Below are positions 51,911 through 64,000 of a DNA stretch of 64,000 bases, piece by piece. Source of the stretch: Vicugna vicugna (Eukaryota); contig MU058065.1 in the NCBI GenBank assembly GCA_013265495.1, positions 1,772,364 through 1,836,363 of the forward strand, written 5' to 3'. Position numbers and translations under genes: made by a program. Each line of letters opens with the position of its first letter. The stretch's first letter is position 1. A model generated the notes under the pieces. The model saw only the letters and a list, made by a program, of their open reading frames with translations, searched no databases and was not told where the DNA came from.

Positions 51911-52807
51911 AGAACAGAGTTATAAACTCACCATCACAGTTCTAGCTTTGGAGAGAGAACAAGAGAGGAAGAAGACAAACAGAAATTAGAAAGAGGACAG
52001 GGAACCCAGTCATGTTTTTAAGGGCCTCCAAGGGCACACAAGAGGACAGTGCCTCACATGCACTGAGTCCCCAACAAATGGTGGCTGTGTTTGTTGATCC
52101 TATTATCCACTGATTTCCACACTCAACTGAACTTCATGCTTTCATGGGTCCTGTGAGGTAGACTTTAGTGTCCCCAGTTTAGAGAAAAGGCAGCTGAGGC
52201 TGAGAGATGTTAAGTCAGACAGGCCCGTCAAACAGCTAGAGAGTGGCGGCACTGACTCTGAAGCCAGAGATGGTTTCCCTCCCACCTGTCTATGACTTTG
52301 ACCATCGTCTCTGAGATTCATGGCCGTGGCCTTATATCCCTGCACTTTCTCTTTTTTAAACAATGGGGGCTGAAAAGAACTTGTCTCCTAAATCCTAAAT
52401 GTGACAAGGTAAGAGATAACACTCAAACCGTGTTTCAACATCTTGGAAGAGGAGCAGCTGAGGATGACAAAGTGCCTCTTGATTATCTGGGATGCCAGAA
52501 CTGTGTCCGCGTGGATAAGGTGAGGGCAACAGTGCAACTACAGCAGGTCTGATGTGCTCGTTTCTGTTCCTATCCATCCAGCTTGACCTCTGGATCTGTG
52601 GTCTCTTGTAAGCCATTTACTAGGATCCGAGTTTTTCCCATCAATTGTGTTGTCTGACTTTGCAAACAGAACATAATGCGGTTAGACAGAATAATCACAA
52701 ACCTATTCATAAATTGACTTTTTCCATTTGAAGAACTTTATCAAGAATCAGTTTCCAAAGGAATCAATGCTTGATTTTTTTTTAAAGAATAAAAATAGCA
52801 TGCTGGG

Positions 52808-53349
52808 GGTACTATTTACCATAGCCAAGACATAGAAACAACCTAAATGTCCATTGACAGATGGCTGGATAAAGAAGATGGGTTATGTTTATATAATGGA
52901 ATACTACTCGGCCATAAAAAAGAATAAAATAATGCCATTTGCAGCAACATGGATGGACCTGGAGATAACCGTATTAAGTGAAGCAAGTCAGACAAATATC
53001 ATATGATATCACTTATATGTGGAATGTAAAAAAAGTACAAATTTTATTTATAAACCAGAAGTAGACTCACAGACATAGAAAACAAACTATGGTCACCAAA
53101 GGTAAAGGAAGGGAGGGATAAATTGGGAGTCTGGGATTAACAGAAACACACTACTAAATACAAAATAGATAAACAACAAGGACCTACTGTATAGCACAGG
53201 GAACTATATTCAATTTCTTGTAATGCACTATAATGGAAAGGTATCTAAAAATATATACATATGTATGTACATGTGTAACTGGGTTACTTTGCTGTACACT
53301 TGAAACTAACAGTGTAAATAACTACACTTCAATAAAAAATAAAAATAAA
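52808..53349 (+). mobile_element. 5'-truncated L1 3' end with perfect 17-bp TSD
   Basis: ORF2 tail (gccatttgcagcaacatggatggacctggag) plus 3' UTR and A-tail. TSD aaaaatagcatgctggg at 52791-52807 and 53350-53366. Confidence 0.93.
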
Positions 53350-53366
53350 AAAAATAGCATGCTGGG

Positions 53367-53890
53367 AATGGAAAGTGGTGCAGCCACTCTGAAGACACGG
53401 TTGGGCAGTTTCTTTAAAAAACGAAACGCATACTTACCAGATGACCCAGCAATTGCATTTATCCCAGAAAATTGAAAATATATGTGCACACAAACCTGTA
53501 TACAATTGTTCACAGCAGCCATAATTGAAATAGCCAGCAGACTGTGGCACATTCATGCCAGGGAATAGTGCTTAGTAATACAAAGGAATGAACCGTTGGT
53601 ACACTCAACTACTTGGATGGATGGCAAGGGTATTATGTTGAGGGCAAAGAGCCAATCCCCAAAGGTCACATACTCTATGATTCCACTAATATATCCCCAA
53701 AATGACAAAAAAAAATAGAAATGGAAAACAGATTAGTGGTTGCCAGGGTTTGGTTGTGGTGGAGGAGGGGCAGGTAGCAAGAGGAAAATCTCTGCAGTGT
53801 TGGAATATTTCTGTGTCTAGACAGTGGGGGCAGTTACACAAATCTACACGTCATAAAATCACAGAGAACTATGCACACACATTGTACCAA
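53367..53890 (+). mobile_element. Older L1M 3' fragment
   Basis: aaagtggtgcagccactctgaagac...gacccagcaattgca...cagattagtggttgccaggg. Confidence 0.8.
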
Positions 53891-54159
53891 TGTCTGTTTC
53901 CCAGAGGGTGTTTCTCACTTGATGCCACAGTGCCTTGTGCACATTCAGAAAACACTATTCTCTCTAAAATCAGACACTCTAATAGAAACAATTAAGATAA
54001 ACCATGTTCCTGGGGTAGTCCCAGGAAACTCCTTTGAGTTCCAGGTCAATCCCAAATCACAGTTCTTTACAGCTAGATGTAAAGATAACTAAATTTTGAG
54101 GGTCCTTCTATTGGTTTGAAACCTCAGGAGCTTCCCAGGTGAACTCTGAAACTGGCCCC

Positions 54160-54525
54160 TGTACAAGGAGGGCAAGGAGAGACGGAAAAAAGAGGTGTCT
54201 CCCCCAGATTGGTAAGTGGCAGTGTTACTAAGCAAGGAACTTACATAGAAGGCTTGTCCTGGGCAGCTGCGAGATGAATGGATCTCTGCATCTTGAGTTT
54301 AGATGGAGACTTTCCCTGGTTCAGTCATGTATTCAGTCCAGATGGTCCCAACACCTTATTCTCTCAAGGCTGTGACCTTGAAAATGGCTCCCACTGTGGG
54401 AACAGCGGGCAAAGCATACATTCCAAGGACGGGGTTGGGGGGTGGGGAGCCTCTACTTGGCCGTGTCCAGCTCACAGGTAAAGCAGTGGTCACGTCGTCT
54501 CAACTTCCTCCAGCACCTTCCATAC
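54160..54525. mobile_element. Probable old LTR fragment
   Basis: LTR-like text (aagcaaggaacttacatagaaggcttgtc...gaccttgaaaatggctccc); family not assigned. Confidence 0.4.
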
Positions 54526-57500
54526 TGGTTTCAACTCAATTCTGGAAGCAATGATTGAAAATATATTTATTCAAGGATGGTGCTTTCCTCTGTATTTTCC
54601 CGACTGAAATAAGTAAGTTCAGCCTCGATGTCTATTTCGTTCTGTGGTTTAGTCGGCCGTGGCAAGGGGGCCAGCAGGTGATGTAAATACGTCAAATAGG
54701 AGTAGTGAGACTTACAGTGAACAGGGGAGGGCACCTCGTTCAAAGTCATTCAAATTCAAATATTACAAAAAGGAAGAAAAACCACACACATTATCCCAGC
54801 CCAACAAATTTGCAACCTCTGGTTAGACCGTCCCGGCCCACAGCAGCAGAGTGACTGCTCCCCTATGTAAACAGCCCCACAGGTGCACAGTCACGGAGGT
54901 GGAGGCCAGGCTTGTTTGTTTTCTTTTGAATCAGGATGAGAAGGCAGTCATCATGAGGAAGTGGGGAACGTGTTGCCATGAAATACTAAGGGTTCCTCCC
55001 AGAGACACCCACCCTTTGAACTGTTTACTTTCTAAAGAGTCTGGCCTGGAACACCAAGGTGTCACTGATGCAATGAAACAGAATGCAACTCTTAAAAACA
55101 GCTAGTAGGTTGGGCACATTGGGGTGCAAAAGGCTGCCACAAAGTATCCCTGAGTATTCTGCTCCCTCTCAGTCCCAGTCATCCAAAGCGGCCATTGGTA
55201 ACATTTGTATCGTCCTGGAGAAATCGCCAGGAAAGCAGAAGAAAAGTTGCAACAACAATCAGGAGTTCCTAAAATCTTGCTTACTGTTGAATTTCTGTGG
55301 CGCACCATCATTCTAAGTCCCAAGAATCACTAAATCTGTTAGACTTAGCTGCAGATACCCCTCCCACGTGTCCATTCCCCCATCTTTGAGCAAAATCATT
55401 CTCAAACTATTAATGCAGACTGGAAACCTGGAAGCTGCCATTGTGTGAAATTCAGAAGCTCATTTGATTCAGGATCCAAATTGTTTATGAATAAAATATG
55501 TAGCCCTGATGCCTGTTTACTAGTAAGTGTTATTCAAATGGTGACATCTGGTCTATTATACAGTCCGATGTAATTTGGGTCCTGGGTATGTTGTGTGTTC
55601 CTCTGTCCCCTGTGGGTAGGATGCTCTTACAAATGCCTTCCTTTTTAATTCCAGGACGCCCAGGATTATTTGGACTTTTTTTTTTAATTATAAAGCAAAT
55701 ATAGGTCAGTTTTGCCACATTTTTGGACACTCGTTTATTTATTTATTTAGTCAATGGCTTTTATTGAACAGCTACTATGTCCGAGCCACCATGATAGAAG
55801 CCTGAAAGGAAAGAATAAGTAAAATATAGTGCTCGTCCTCAGCAAAATCCAGCAGAGAAACAGAGTAGGTGGACACTGGCGATGGTCTGTGTAGCATGTA
55901 TTCCCTGCTTAGGCCTTCCAGACAGAACTCTAGCTGAAGGGTAAACCCATTCCTTTTGTCAGTGATTAGCAGGAGAAAATCCTTGTCAGTGAGTCATGAG
56001 AAGAGGTGCGCTGGGAGCTTCCCTCGTGCTCTTCAGAAGGAAATTCTGGAAGCTTTTTCTGTCTTCCTCTGATGATATTGTTCATGGATTATGTGTCTGG
56101 AACAGCTGCATCTAATTCATGACCAGCCTGAGGATGGAACTGATCCATGGAGAGGTACAGAGCTGAGAACGTCACGGGCAAATGGAGTCAGTCAACGGAT
56201 TAAGGCAACTGAAAATGTGTCCTATGTCTGGGCTTCCTCTTAGGGGGCCCAATGAATTTCTTTGTCATTTAAGCCAATTTTGAGTTGGGTTTCCTTACTT
56301 GCAAACAAAATTGTTTGATATATATTTCCCCAAATCTCTTCCCAAGGAGAAGATCCTTGGTTGACACCATTTCTGCCTCAGTGCTGATACTGACAGGTAA
56401 TGCCGCACACGTCTCATCACACAGGCTTCTTCTGACTGTTCTTCTTCTCAGTTAAGGCCCCTGAGGTTATCGGACACTTCGTCCTCACTCTTTGCCCTTG
56501 TAGTTAACGGTGTTCCTTCACCTATTCCCAACTAATTTAACCTAAACTGCAACATGAGAAATGCCAGGTTGGCATGGGGAAGTTTCTCAAAATATAATGG
56601 TTTCTGTAGGTATATTTTCAGCTATAAAAATTATTTTTAGTAAAAATATATTTAAAATTAGAGATCGATTGCATTCACCTGACATGGCTTTTGGATAATT
56701 TGGCTGAAATAAGGCCACAGACACAGAGTAGACAGTCTCTTAAGAGTGGTTCCAGCCCCAGCAGCCTGCGAATCATGGCTCTATGTGTAGCAGACACAGC
56801 AGAAAGCGAGCTGAACTCTCCTCATTGCTATCCTCAGTAGGAAAGGGCTGAAAGAGAAAAAAGATGGGCATTTAGGGTGGCTTAGTTGAGGGACAGGGTC
56901 CAACACCAATATGGCTAATTCTAACACTGAGTATCTGCTGGTTTTGAACTAGCTGTGGCTTTGGGTTTTCATCCATCAGTATTTATATCAACCATAAAGG
57001 ATGTCATTCTGGGTGTAAACCTCATCAATTCAAAATTGAGGGGCAGGGTACCAGGGAGAAAGAATATTCTGGAACTGATTTTACGAAGGTTGTGTTGATT
57101 CCTGGTGCATCCTACCCACCATCTCTAACCTTGTTTGCATATCATCATGAGCAGCCAAAGTCTCTTTGAGGGGTTCCTCTGAGAATACCAAAGTGACACA
57201 GAGTCGGTTACTGATTAACTTAGGTTACCATTATTTTAGACTATTATGAAACTATTATTTCAATTTTAAGGTAATAATCACAAATAGCTTAAGGATAACT
57301 CTCACATGACTTCCCTCTACCCCGCATTGCTTGTCCTAGTGTTTTAAATGTAATAGGTTCTGAAGTACCCCAGGCCTTCTATTCAGCATGTGTAGGAGTC
57401 AATAAAGGGCAGTAGCTTGAAGCAAATTCTATCTTTCCAAGAGGTTCTGAAATACAGCAACAGAGGCCAAAGAAAAGCATCCTGCTCTCACTTTCTTACC

Positions 57501-57759
57501 TCCAACAGGGTCAAAAGGGGAGCCCCAGATATTCCACTTTGCCCAGCTCCTAACATTCAAAGCCTAAACACCTCTGCCTTGAATCCCCCAGGACAAATCT
57601 CATTATGCCCCGTACGTACACATCAATCACCCTAATAAGGCCCAGATTCTCAGGTCATCCGAAATCTTCCTCACTCTAGCCCCCACAAAGCTCTGCAGAG
57701 CCCCTGCTCAGTCCCGGTTCTGACTCCTCGGAACTCTCAGAACCCTTCCCACTCTGCCC

Positions 57760-58945
57760 TCTGCAATTCCCAGTCCACCCTTTGCAATACCTATATCCTT
57801 AAGCTGTCTCTGATGTTTCTGTCTTTATCTTGCTCTGACTGTAACCTGGCTGTCCCTTGAGGACGCTGTTTCCCCTGCAGCCTCCCAGACGTGGGACCTC
57901 TTTTCTCCCACAGCCCTTGTGTTACCTGGATGTCTACTAGGCATCTCAAGGCTAAGATGCACAAAACACCTCCTGATCTGCCTCCACAAAATTCCACTAC
58001 AGACTTCGCTATTTGACTGATAACAAATCCACCCTTCTAGACATTCCAGTCAAAAGCCTTGGCGCCATCCTTGATTTCCTTTCCCGTCACATCTCACGTT
58101 CGATCTGTAGGAAACTTGTTGGCTCTACTCTCAAAAACACTACATCCAGAATCCGTACTCTCCTCATTACCCCTGGTGATCCACTACCATCCCTCACCTA
58201 GGTTACTAGAATAGCATCTTTGAAAGTCTCCCCGTTTCCACCTGAGTCTCTTCTGTCTTCCTGGACTCTATACTCAAGTCATCAGCCAGAGCAGTCCCTT
58301 AAGAGGTAGGTCAGATCAGGCCCCACTCTGCTGGAAACTTTTGGTAGATCCCCTGTTTAAACTGGAGTGGTACAAACCAAAGTCCTTAGTGGCCTACCAG
58401 GTCCTGCAGGATCTGCCCCCTTGACCCATCAGGTCTCTTCTCTCCCTGACTGAATTACTCTGTTCTACACATTCTTCACTCCCCAGTGCTTCCAGGAGGA
58501 GCTAACAAGGACTGTCTCTCTTAAGACATTTGCACTGACTGTTCCCTCTGCTCTTTCTCCAGATATGTCCCCCAAACCCACTCCAGCACCGCAGATCCCC
58601 ATACCCTGCTCTGTGCTTCCTCCTAGCGCTCATCCCTCCAACATCTGTGTGATTTTCTCGTGTCACATTTCTGTCCCCAGCCTTCCATGCGAATGTAATG
58701 GCAGAAGCTGGAACCTTTGCTTGCTTTGTTCATTGAGGTGTCCCAAGTACCTACCTAGAGAACAGGACTGACTCCTGATCATGTCTCAGAAACCTGCCTC
58801 ACAACAGACACTCCCACATCTTGGGTGATGGCAACTCCATCCTTCCAGTGGCCCAGGTCAAAACTATTGAGGGCATCCTTGACTCTTTTAGTTCTTACAC
58901 CCACATCCAATCAGTCAGGGAGTCTTTGGGGCTCCACCTTCAAAA
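57760..58945 (+). mobile_element. L2 fragments (two overlapping pieces)
   Basis: cctggatgtctactaggcatctcaag...catccttgatt...ccagaatcc; the same L2 segment recurs near 58830-58945. Confidence 0.7.
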
Positions 58946-60469
58946 TAATTGCTTGGTAATTTCATGTTGAAAGAAGGACTGATTGATCCATGAAATTGGC
59001 TAATAATATTACCCAATCCCAATAGAATGCCATGACCTAATCCCAACACATCTAATCCTTTTACATATCCCACCCATTGATACCCTACTAATTATATGGG
59101 TAGTCTTTCTAAATATTATTTTTGAATCTAATTTTGTATAGCTTGACTTCTACTTTGTATAGACTTCATTAACTTCCTAAGGGCAGAAACCATGTGCAAG
59201 ATACTTTATAAATTTTGTAGGTCCAGTTTAGTTCTTCTAGCTGTGAAAGCCCAGTAAGTGTTAGTTGATGGTGAGGCAAAGAGTAGTGTCACAATCTGCA
59301 GTCAAAAATCTAAACATGGAGTTCTTGAGATCCTATTAAAAAGTCAATCCAATTCAACAAGTCTTCACTGCATGACTGTAGTACGAATTCTACTGGATGC
59401 TGAAGAGGACAAAATACATAACTTTGAAGGCAGAGAACACAGTTATTTAAACTAATAATCTCAATACACTGTGGTAAATGACATTTGAGCATTGATACAA
59501 GGTGAGAGGAATTAACCCCAGAAAACCAGAGGAAGGCAAAGGCAAGTCAGAATTTATCAGGAATACAATATGGGCGAAAACATTACAAGCCAGGAAAAAT
59601 TGAACAGGACTTTTTTGTTTGTTGTTAAGCTTCTCTTCTTTATTATTAGTGATGTCGCTTTTGGCCATAAGAGGCCTGATGGGGAAGGGAGATTCAATTC
59701 ACGGACCAGAACACATGTATTAGGTAAGGAGTTTGAATTAATCTGTTTCTGGATCCCTTGTGAAATTTTGATACATAATGACTCAAATGATCAAAAAAGG
59801 ACTATATTAATTTATTCAAGTTTTGACTCATAGTCACTCATGCTTTTGGCAAGGTTTGCATGAATAATACTATTTTATGTGTCTGATGCCAAAACTGAAA
59901 TATTAATAGACTGTGTTAAGATTTAAATCTAGTCATAAACATGTCTCCAAAATAAGATGCATGATAATTAGGAGAAAAAATAATCTGGAGCTGTTTCTTT
60001 CTGTGAACATGCAGAACAGCTCCAATCTGTCTTTGCATTTTCCTTGAAAGTAAAATAGAGAAACAACAAAGAACAAAACTGCCTGTACTTGTACAACAGT
60101 CTGAGTATAATTCTGTTTCAATTCCATTTTAAGAAATTTTGACCACTTGCTATGGAAACGTTTTCTTCTGGAATCTGTAAATTGTCATCTCTTTTCCAGT
60201 AGGCATGTGTAAATACATTCACATCTTCCCCAAACTAAAAACAAACAAAAACTTCATCTTTCTTTGGAAAACAGTGTGCTTCTTTTGACATTCCTTAAGC
60301 TATTCTTGAAAATAGAACTGGATTTGAGTGCTGACATTAGCACATACTAAGCAGTTATCTCTGAGGATCCCTGTTTCCCTACCTGGAAAGTGGAAATAGC
60401 AGGACTTGCCTTATCTCACAGTATTTGTGAGGCTCAAACCGATATCATAAATGTTAAAACATCATATAC

Positions 60470-61435
60470 TAGCAAAACTTATATACAAACGTTCATAGCC
60501 ACATTATTTGTAATAGCCAAAAAGTGAAAATAACTTAAATGTCCAACGACTGATGAATGGATAAACAAAATGTAGCATAGTCATACAATGGAATATTATT
60601 CAGCCGTGAAAAGGAATAAAATACAGATCTTCCTTGATGTATGGTGGGGTTACATCCCGATAAAGCCACTGTAAGTTGAAAATATGAAATGTCATAAAAT
60701 GCATCTAATTCACCTAACCTGCCAAACATTATAGTTCTGCCTAGCCCACTTTAAACATGTTTGGAACACATACGTTAGCCTAGAGTTGTGTAAAATCACA
60801 TAACACAAAGCCTACTTTATACATGAAATGTTGACTACCTCACGTAGTTTATTGAATTCTATACCGAAAGTGAAAGACAGAATGGTTGTGAGTGTGTCGG
60901 TTGTTTACCCTCATGATCACGTGCCTAACTGGGAGCTGTGGTCACTGCTGCAACCTAAAATCATGAGTGTGTCATACCCTATATCACAAACCCAGGAAAA
61001 GATCAAAATTCAAAATTCGAAATATGGTTTCTACTAACAGCGTATCGCTTTTGCACCACCGTGAGGTGGAAAATCATCGGTCCAACCATCATAAGTCAGG
61101 GACCACCTGGACTGATGCATGATACAACATGGATGAACCTTGAAAACATTGTACTGACAGAAGCCATATACAAAAAGCCACATTTATATGATTCTATTTT
61201 TATGAAATTGCCAGAGTAGGTGAATCTGTAAAGAAAGAATGTAGATTAGTAATTACAGGGCTAGGGGGAAAGAGGACAGACTAGGAAGTCACTGCTAATG
61301 GGGACAAGGTGATGAAAATGTTTTGATATTAGGTCAATGATGATGGCTGCAAAATTCTATGAATATACTAGAAACCACTGAATTTTGCACTTTAAAAGGG
61401 TAACTTTATGATTGATGAATTATATCTCAATTTTA
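60470..61435 (+). mobile_element. L1M 3' end split by a Tigger MITE
   Basis: gttcatagccacattatttgtaatagccaaaaagtg...ggaataaaata, resuming after the MITE as ctgatgcatgatacaacatggatgaaccttgaaaacatt...gaattatatctcaatttt. Confidence 0.85.
60624..61109. mobile_element. TcMar-Tigger MITE (MER6-like; subfamily tentative)
   Basis: ta|cagatcttccttgatgtatggtggggttacatcccgataaa ... ccatcataagtcagggaccacctg, with imperfect terminal inverted repeats. Confidence 0.75.
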
Positions 61436-61822
61436 TAAATTATACATTGCTAATATATTAACTCTTAATTTTAATTATTAATATTTATTGTTATTATCAT
61501 TAAAGATTTAATTATTATTGTCATTATTTAGGAGTCTATTTCAATTAGGGAGTATTTCCCTGAGAATATGCTATAGTTCCTTCCCCCCTATTCAAAATTT
61601 CTCCCTAAAGTATTAGAGCTGCCCTACCAGAGTTCTGGACAATAGTATTTTGGTATTTTGAAGAAAGCAGGCATTGGGGAAAGGGTTGGAGTTCATAAAC
61701 ATAATGGCATGAAAGAGGTGGTCCCAGGGCCAGGTGTGTTGTGACATCACTTTTTATGCACAATTGCACTTAGTGCTTATTTTGAGTCATTAATTTCACC
61801 TGGGTAAAAATGTGTATTTTCA

Positions 61823-61825
<3 letters not shown>

Positions 61826-61863
<38 letters not shown>
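61826..61863. repeat. (GT)19 microsatellite
   Basis: Perfect dinucleotide run. Confidence 0.97.
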
Positions 61864-61865
<2 letters not shown>

Positions 61866-62535
61866 GGAAAATATGTGAAGATAGAACACAGTTTTACCAG
61901 AGCTCTTGTCTTCTTGCCACTAAAGTTCACCAACTTCTTACCGTTTCCCATGTTTTGGAATAATTTTTTCTTAATTTCTAGAAATTCTGCATAACCAGTT
62001 TTAAAAACTTCTGTCAGTAGACGAATGATGAAAATATAATTTTAAAATTATATACTCTCATCATCCAAAGGTGGCATAACATTTATTTTCTACCCACCAA
62101 TTATTTTCAAACAAAAGGGAATGTAATTTTATTTAGCTTGGTCACTTTATCAGAACAGCTAGGGAATACACATCACACCAAAATATGTTTTTAGTAAAAT
62201 CACAACATGAGTTTCATAGAGAATTAGTTTGTTGTTGTACTAATTACTTTCACCACCCAAAGAAATAGCGTGGAACAATGCATGCAAAAAGAATTTTTTT
62301 AAATAACTTCTTTCCGTATAAAACTATGAATACAAAAGTGAAAGCAAATTAAAAAGCAGCACACGTAAGATGCTCTTGTTTACTTGTTTGTAGTGTATAA
62401 AACGTGAAAAGAAGAGGAAGTGAAGGCTGTTAATAGTAGCTGTCTCTGAGCAGATGGATGGCTGGCGGTCTTAGCCTGTTCATTCTCATCTGTGTCCTCT
62501 GACTTTTCTGTCATAGAGATCTCATAAAAGAGGAT

Positions 62536-64000
62536 GGGACCAAAATGGCAAAGTAGGAAGACCCTGAACTCACCTCCTCCCAGGGACACACTAAAATTAC
62601 AACTATTTACACATCAACTATCTGTAAGAAAAACCTGAAGACTGGCAAAAAGAAAAGAATTTCCACAACTAAAGACATAAAGAAGGAATCACAACAAGAC
62701 AGGTTGGAGGGGCAGAGATGTGATATAGTCAGACCCACATCCCAGGTCAGTGACTCACAAATGGTGGGACTATCACAACTGTAGAAGCCCTCCCCAGGGA
62801 GTGAGGGGTCCAAGTCCAACATTGGGCTTCTCAACCAGGGGCTCCTGCCCTGGGAAGATGGGTCCCCAGATGTCTGGCTTTGGAAACAAGCAGGGCTCAT
62901 GTTTGGGAGAGCTGGAGGGTTACGGGAAACACCGACTCTGCTCCTAAAGGGAGCACACAAAGTCTCACATGCCTCAAGTCTAAGCACAGAGGCAGTACTT
63001 TGAAAGGAGCCTGAGTCAGACCTGCTTGCTGAACTTGGGGAGCCTCCTGGAGAGACAGAAGGCAGCGGGGACCCCCCGAGACACTGGAGTCAAGCACTTC
63101 TGGGAGCTGGTTCCAGCACAACAGCAGCAGCACTGCCAAGCTCCATTTTGAAATACTCCCCCCAGCCTATCAGCACTGGGGACCCAGCCCCGGCCTCCAG
63201 CAGGCTGGCATGAGCATCAGGCCGCACAGACAGACCCTACAAGACCTGGCCCCCCACCAGCAGGCTAGCAGCAGTCCCACACCCCCTAGGACTCACAGCC
63301 AATTTGTCAGGAAGCCTATCACACCTTACAGCAGGCCTGTTGCCTCCTCAAGAGAGATGGCCTCCCAGTCAACCAGGCCCGGATCCAGCCCCGGGATCCA
63401 GCCCCACCTACCAGCACGCTCACAGTTGTTAGCTCCACCACAGCAGAAGAGTGCATCCAGCCCTCATAGGGGGCACCCCTAGAGCATACAGCTCTGGTGA
63501 CCAGAAGGGAGTGTGCTTCTGGGCCCCAGAGGACATCTCCTACATAAGGCCACTTCTCCAAGATAAGGAAATGCAACCAACCTACCTAACTCATAGATAT
63601 AAACATAGACAAATGGGCAAATGAGATGACAGAAGAATATGTCCCTAATGAAGGAACAAGAAAAAAACCTCAGAAAAAGAACTAAATGAAGAGGACATAA
63701 GAAATCTACCTGATAGGTTAGGTAAGGATCATCAAGATGCTCACAGAACTCGGGAGAAGAATAAACATACCCAGTGACGATTCAAGAAACAGCTAGAAAA
63801 TATAAAGAAGAAGCAAACAGAGCTAAAGAATGCAATAAATGAAATAAAAAATATACTAGAAGGAATCAACAGTAGATTAGATGACACATAGCAATTAATT
63901 GGCCATCTGGAACATAGAACAGGGGAAATTACTCACTAGAGCAAAAAAAAAAGGAAAAAGTTTTTTCTAAATGAGGACAGTTTGACACTTCTGGAACAAC
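62536..64000 (+). mobile_element. L1 5' end: about 1.1 kb 5' UTR plus disrupted ORF1, continuing past the window
   Basis: Starts gggaccaaaatggc (YY1-type AAAATGGC). ORF1 relic from 63621 reads MR*QKNMSLMKEQEK...ELKNAINEIKNILEGINSRLDD with stops and frameshifts. Confidence 0.88.

Overview
This is mammalian genomic DNA, most likely camelid (camel/alpaca lineage), inferred from tRNA-Ala-derived Vic-1-type SINEs and artiodactyl-type L1 3' ends. I can support one protein-coding gene: a three-exon, + strand CCDC195 orthologue (CDS 6184-6445, 10513-10759, 15164-15287; 210 aa) with canonical GT-AG introns and an intact frame. The rest is non-coding and dense in transposon relics (L1, L2, MIR, MaLR/ERV LTRs, Tigger/hAT MITEs), ending in the 5' UTR and a dead ORF1 of an L1 that runs off the window. 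Almost all other ORFs in the track are chance or repeat-derived. I found no clear novel multi-gene system. The best leads are: (1) a TSD-flanked, polyadenylated L1-ORF2/Tigger-transposase chimeric retro-insertion with an in-frame fusion (37286-38086); (2) a candidate PP1-docking RVxF motif plus a PKA site in CCDC195; (3) a recursive-splice-like AG|GTAATG at the start of exon 2; (4) a solo poly(A) insertion scar; and (5) a cluster of three SINEs confined to intron 1. Repeat family names and human comparisons come from recalled sequences, not from a search. Boundaries of old repeats are approximate.
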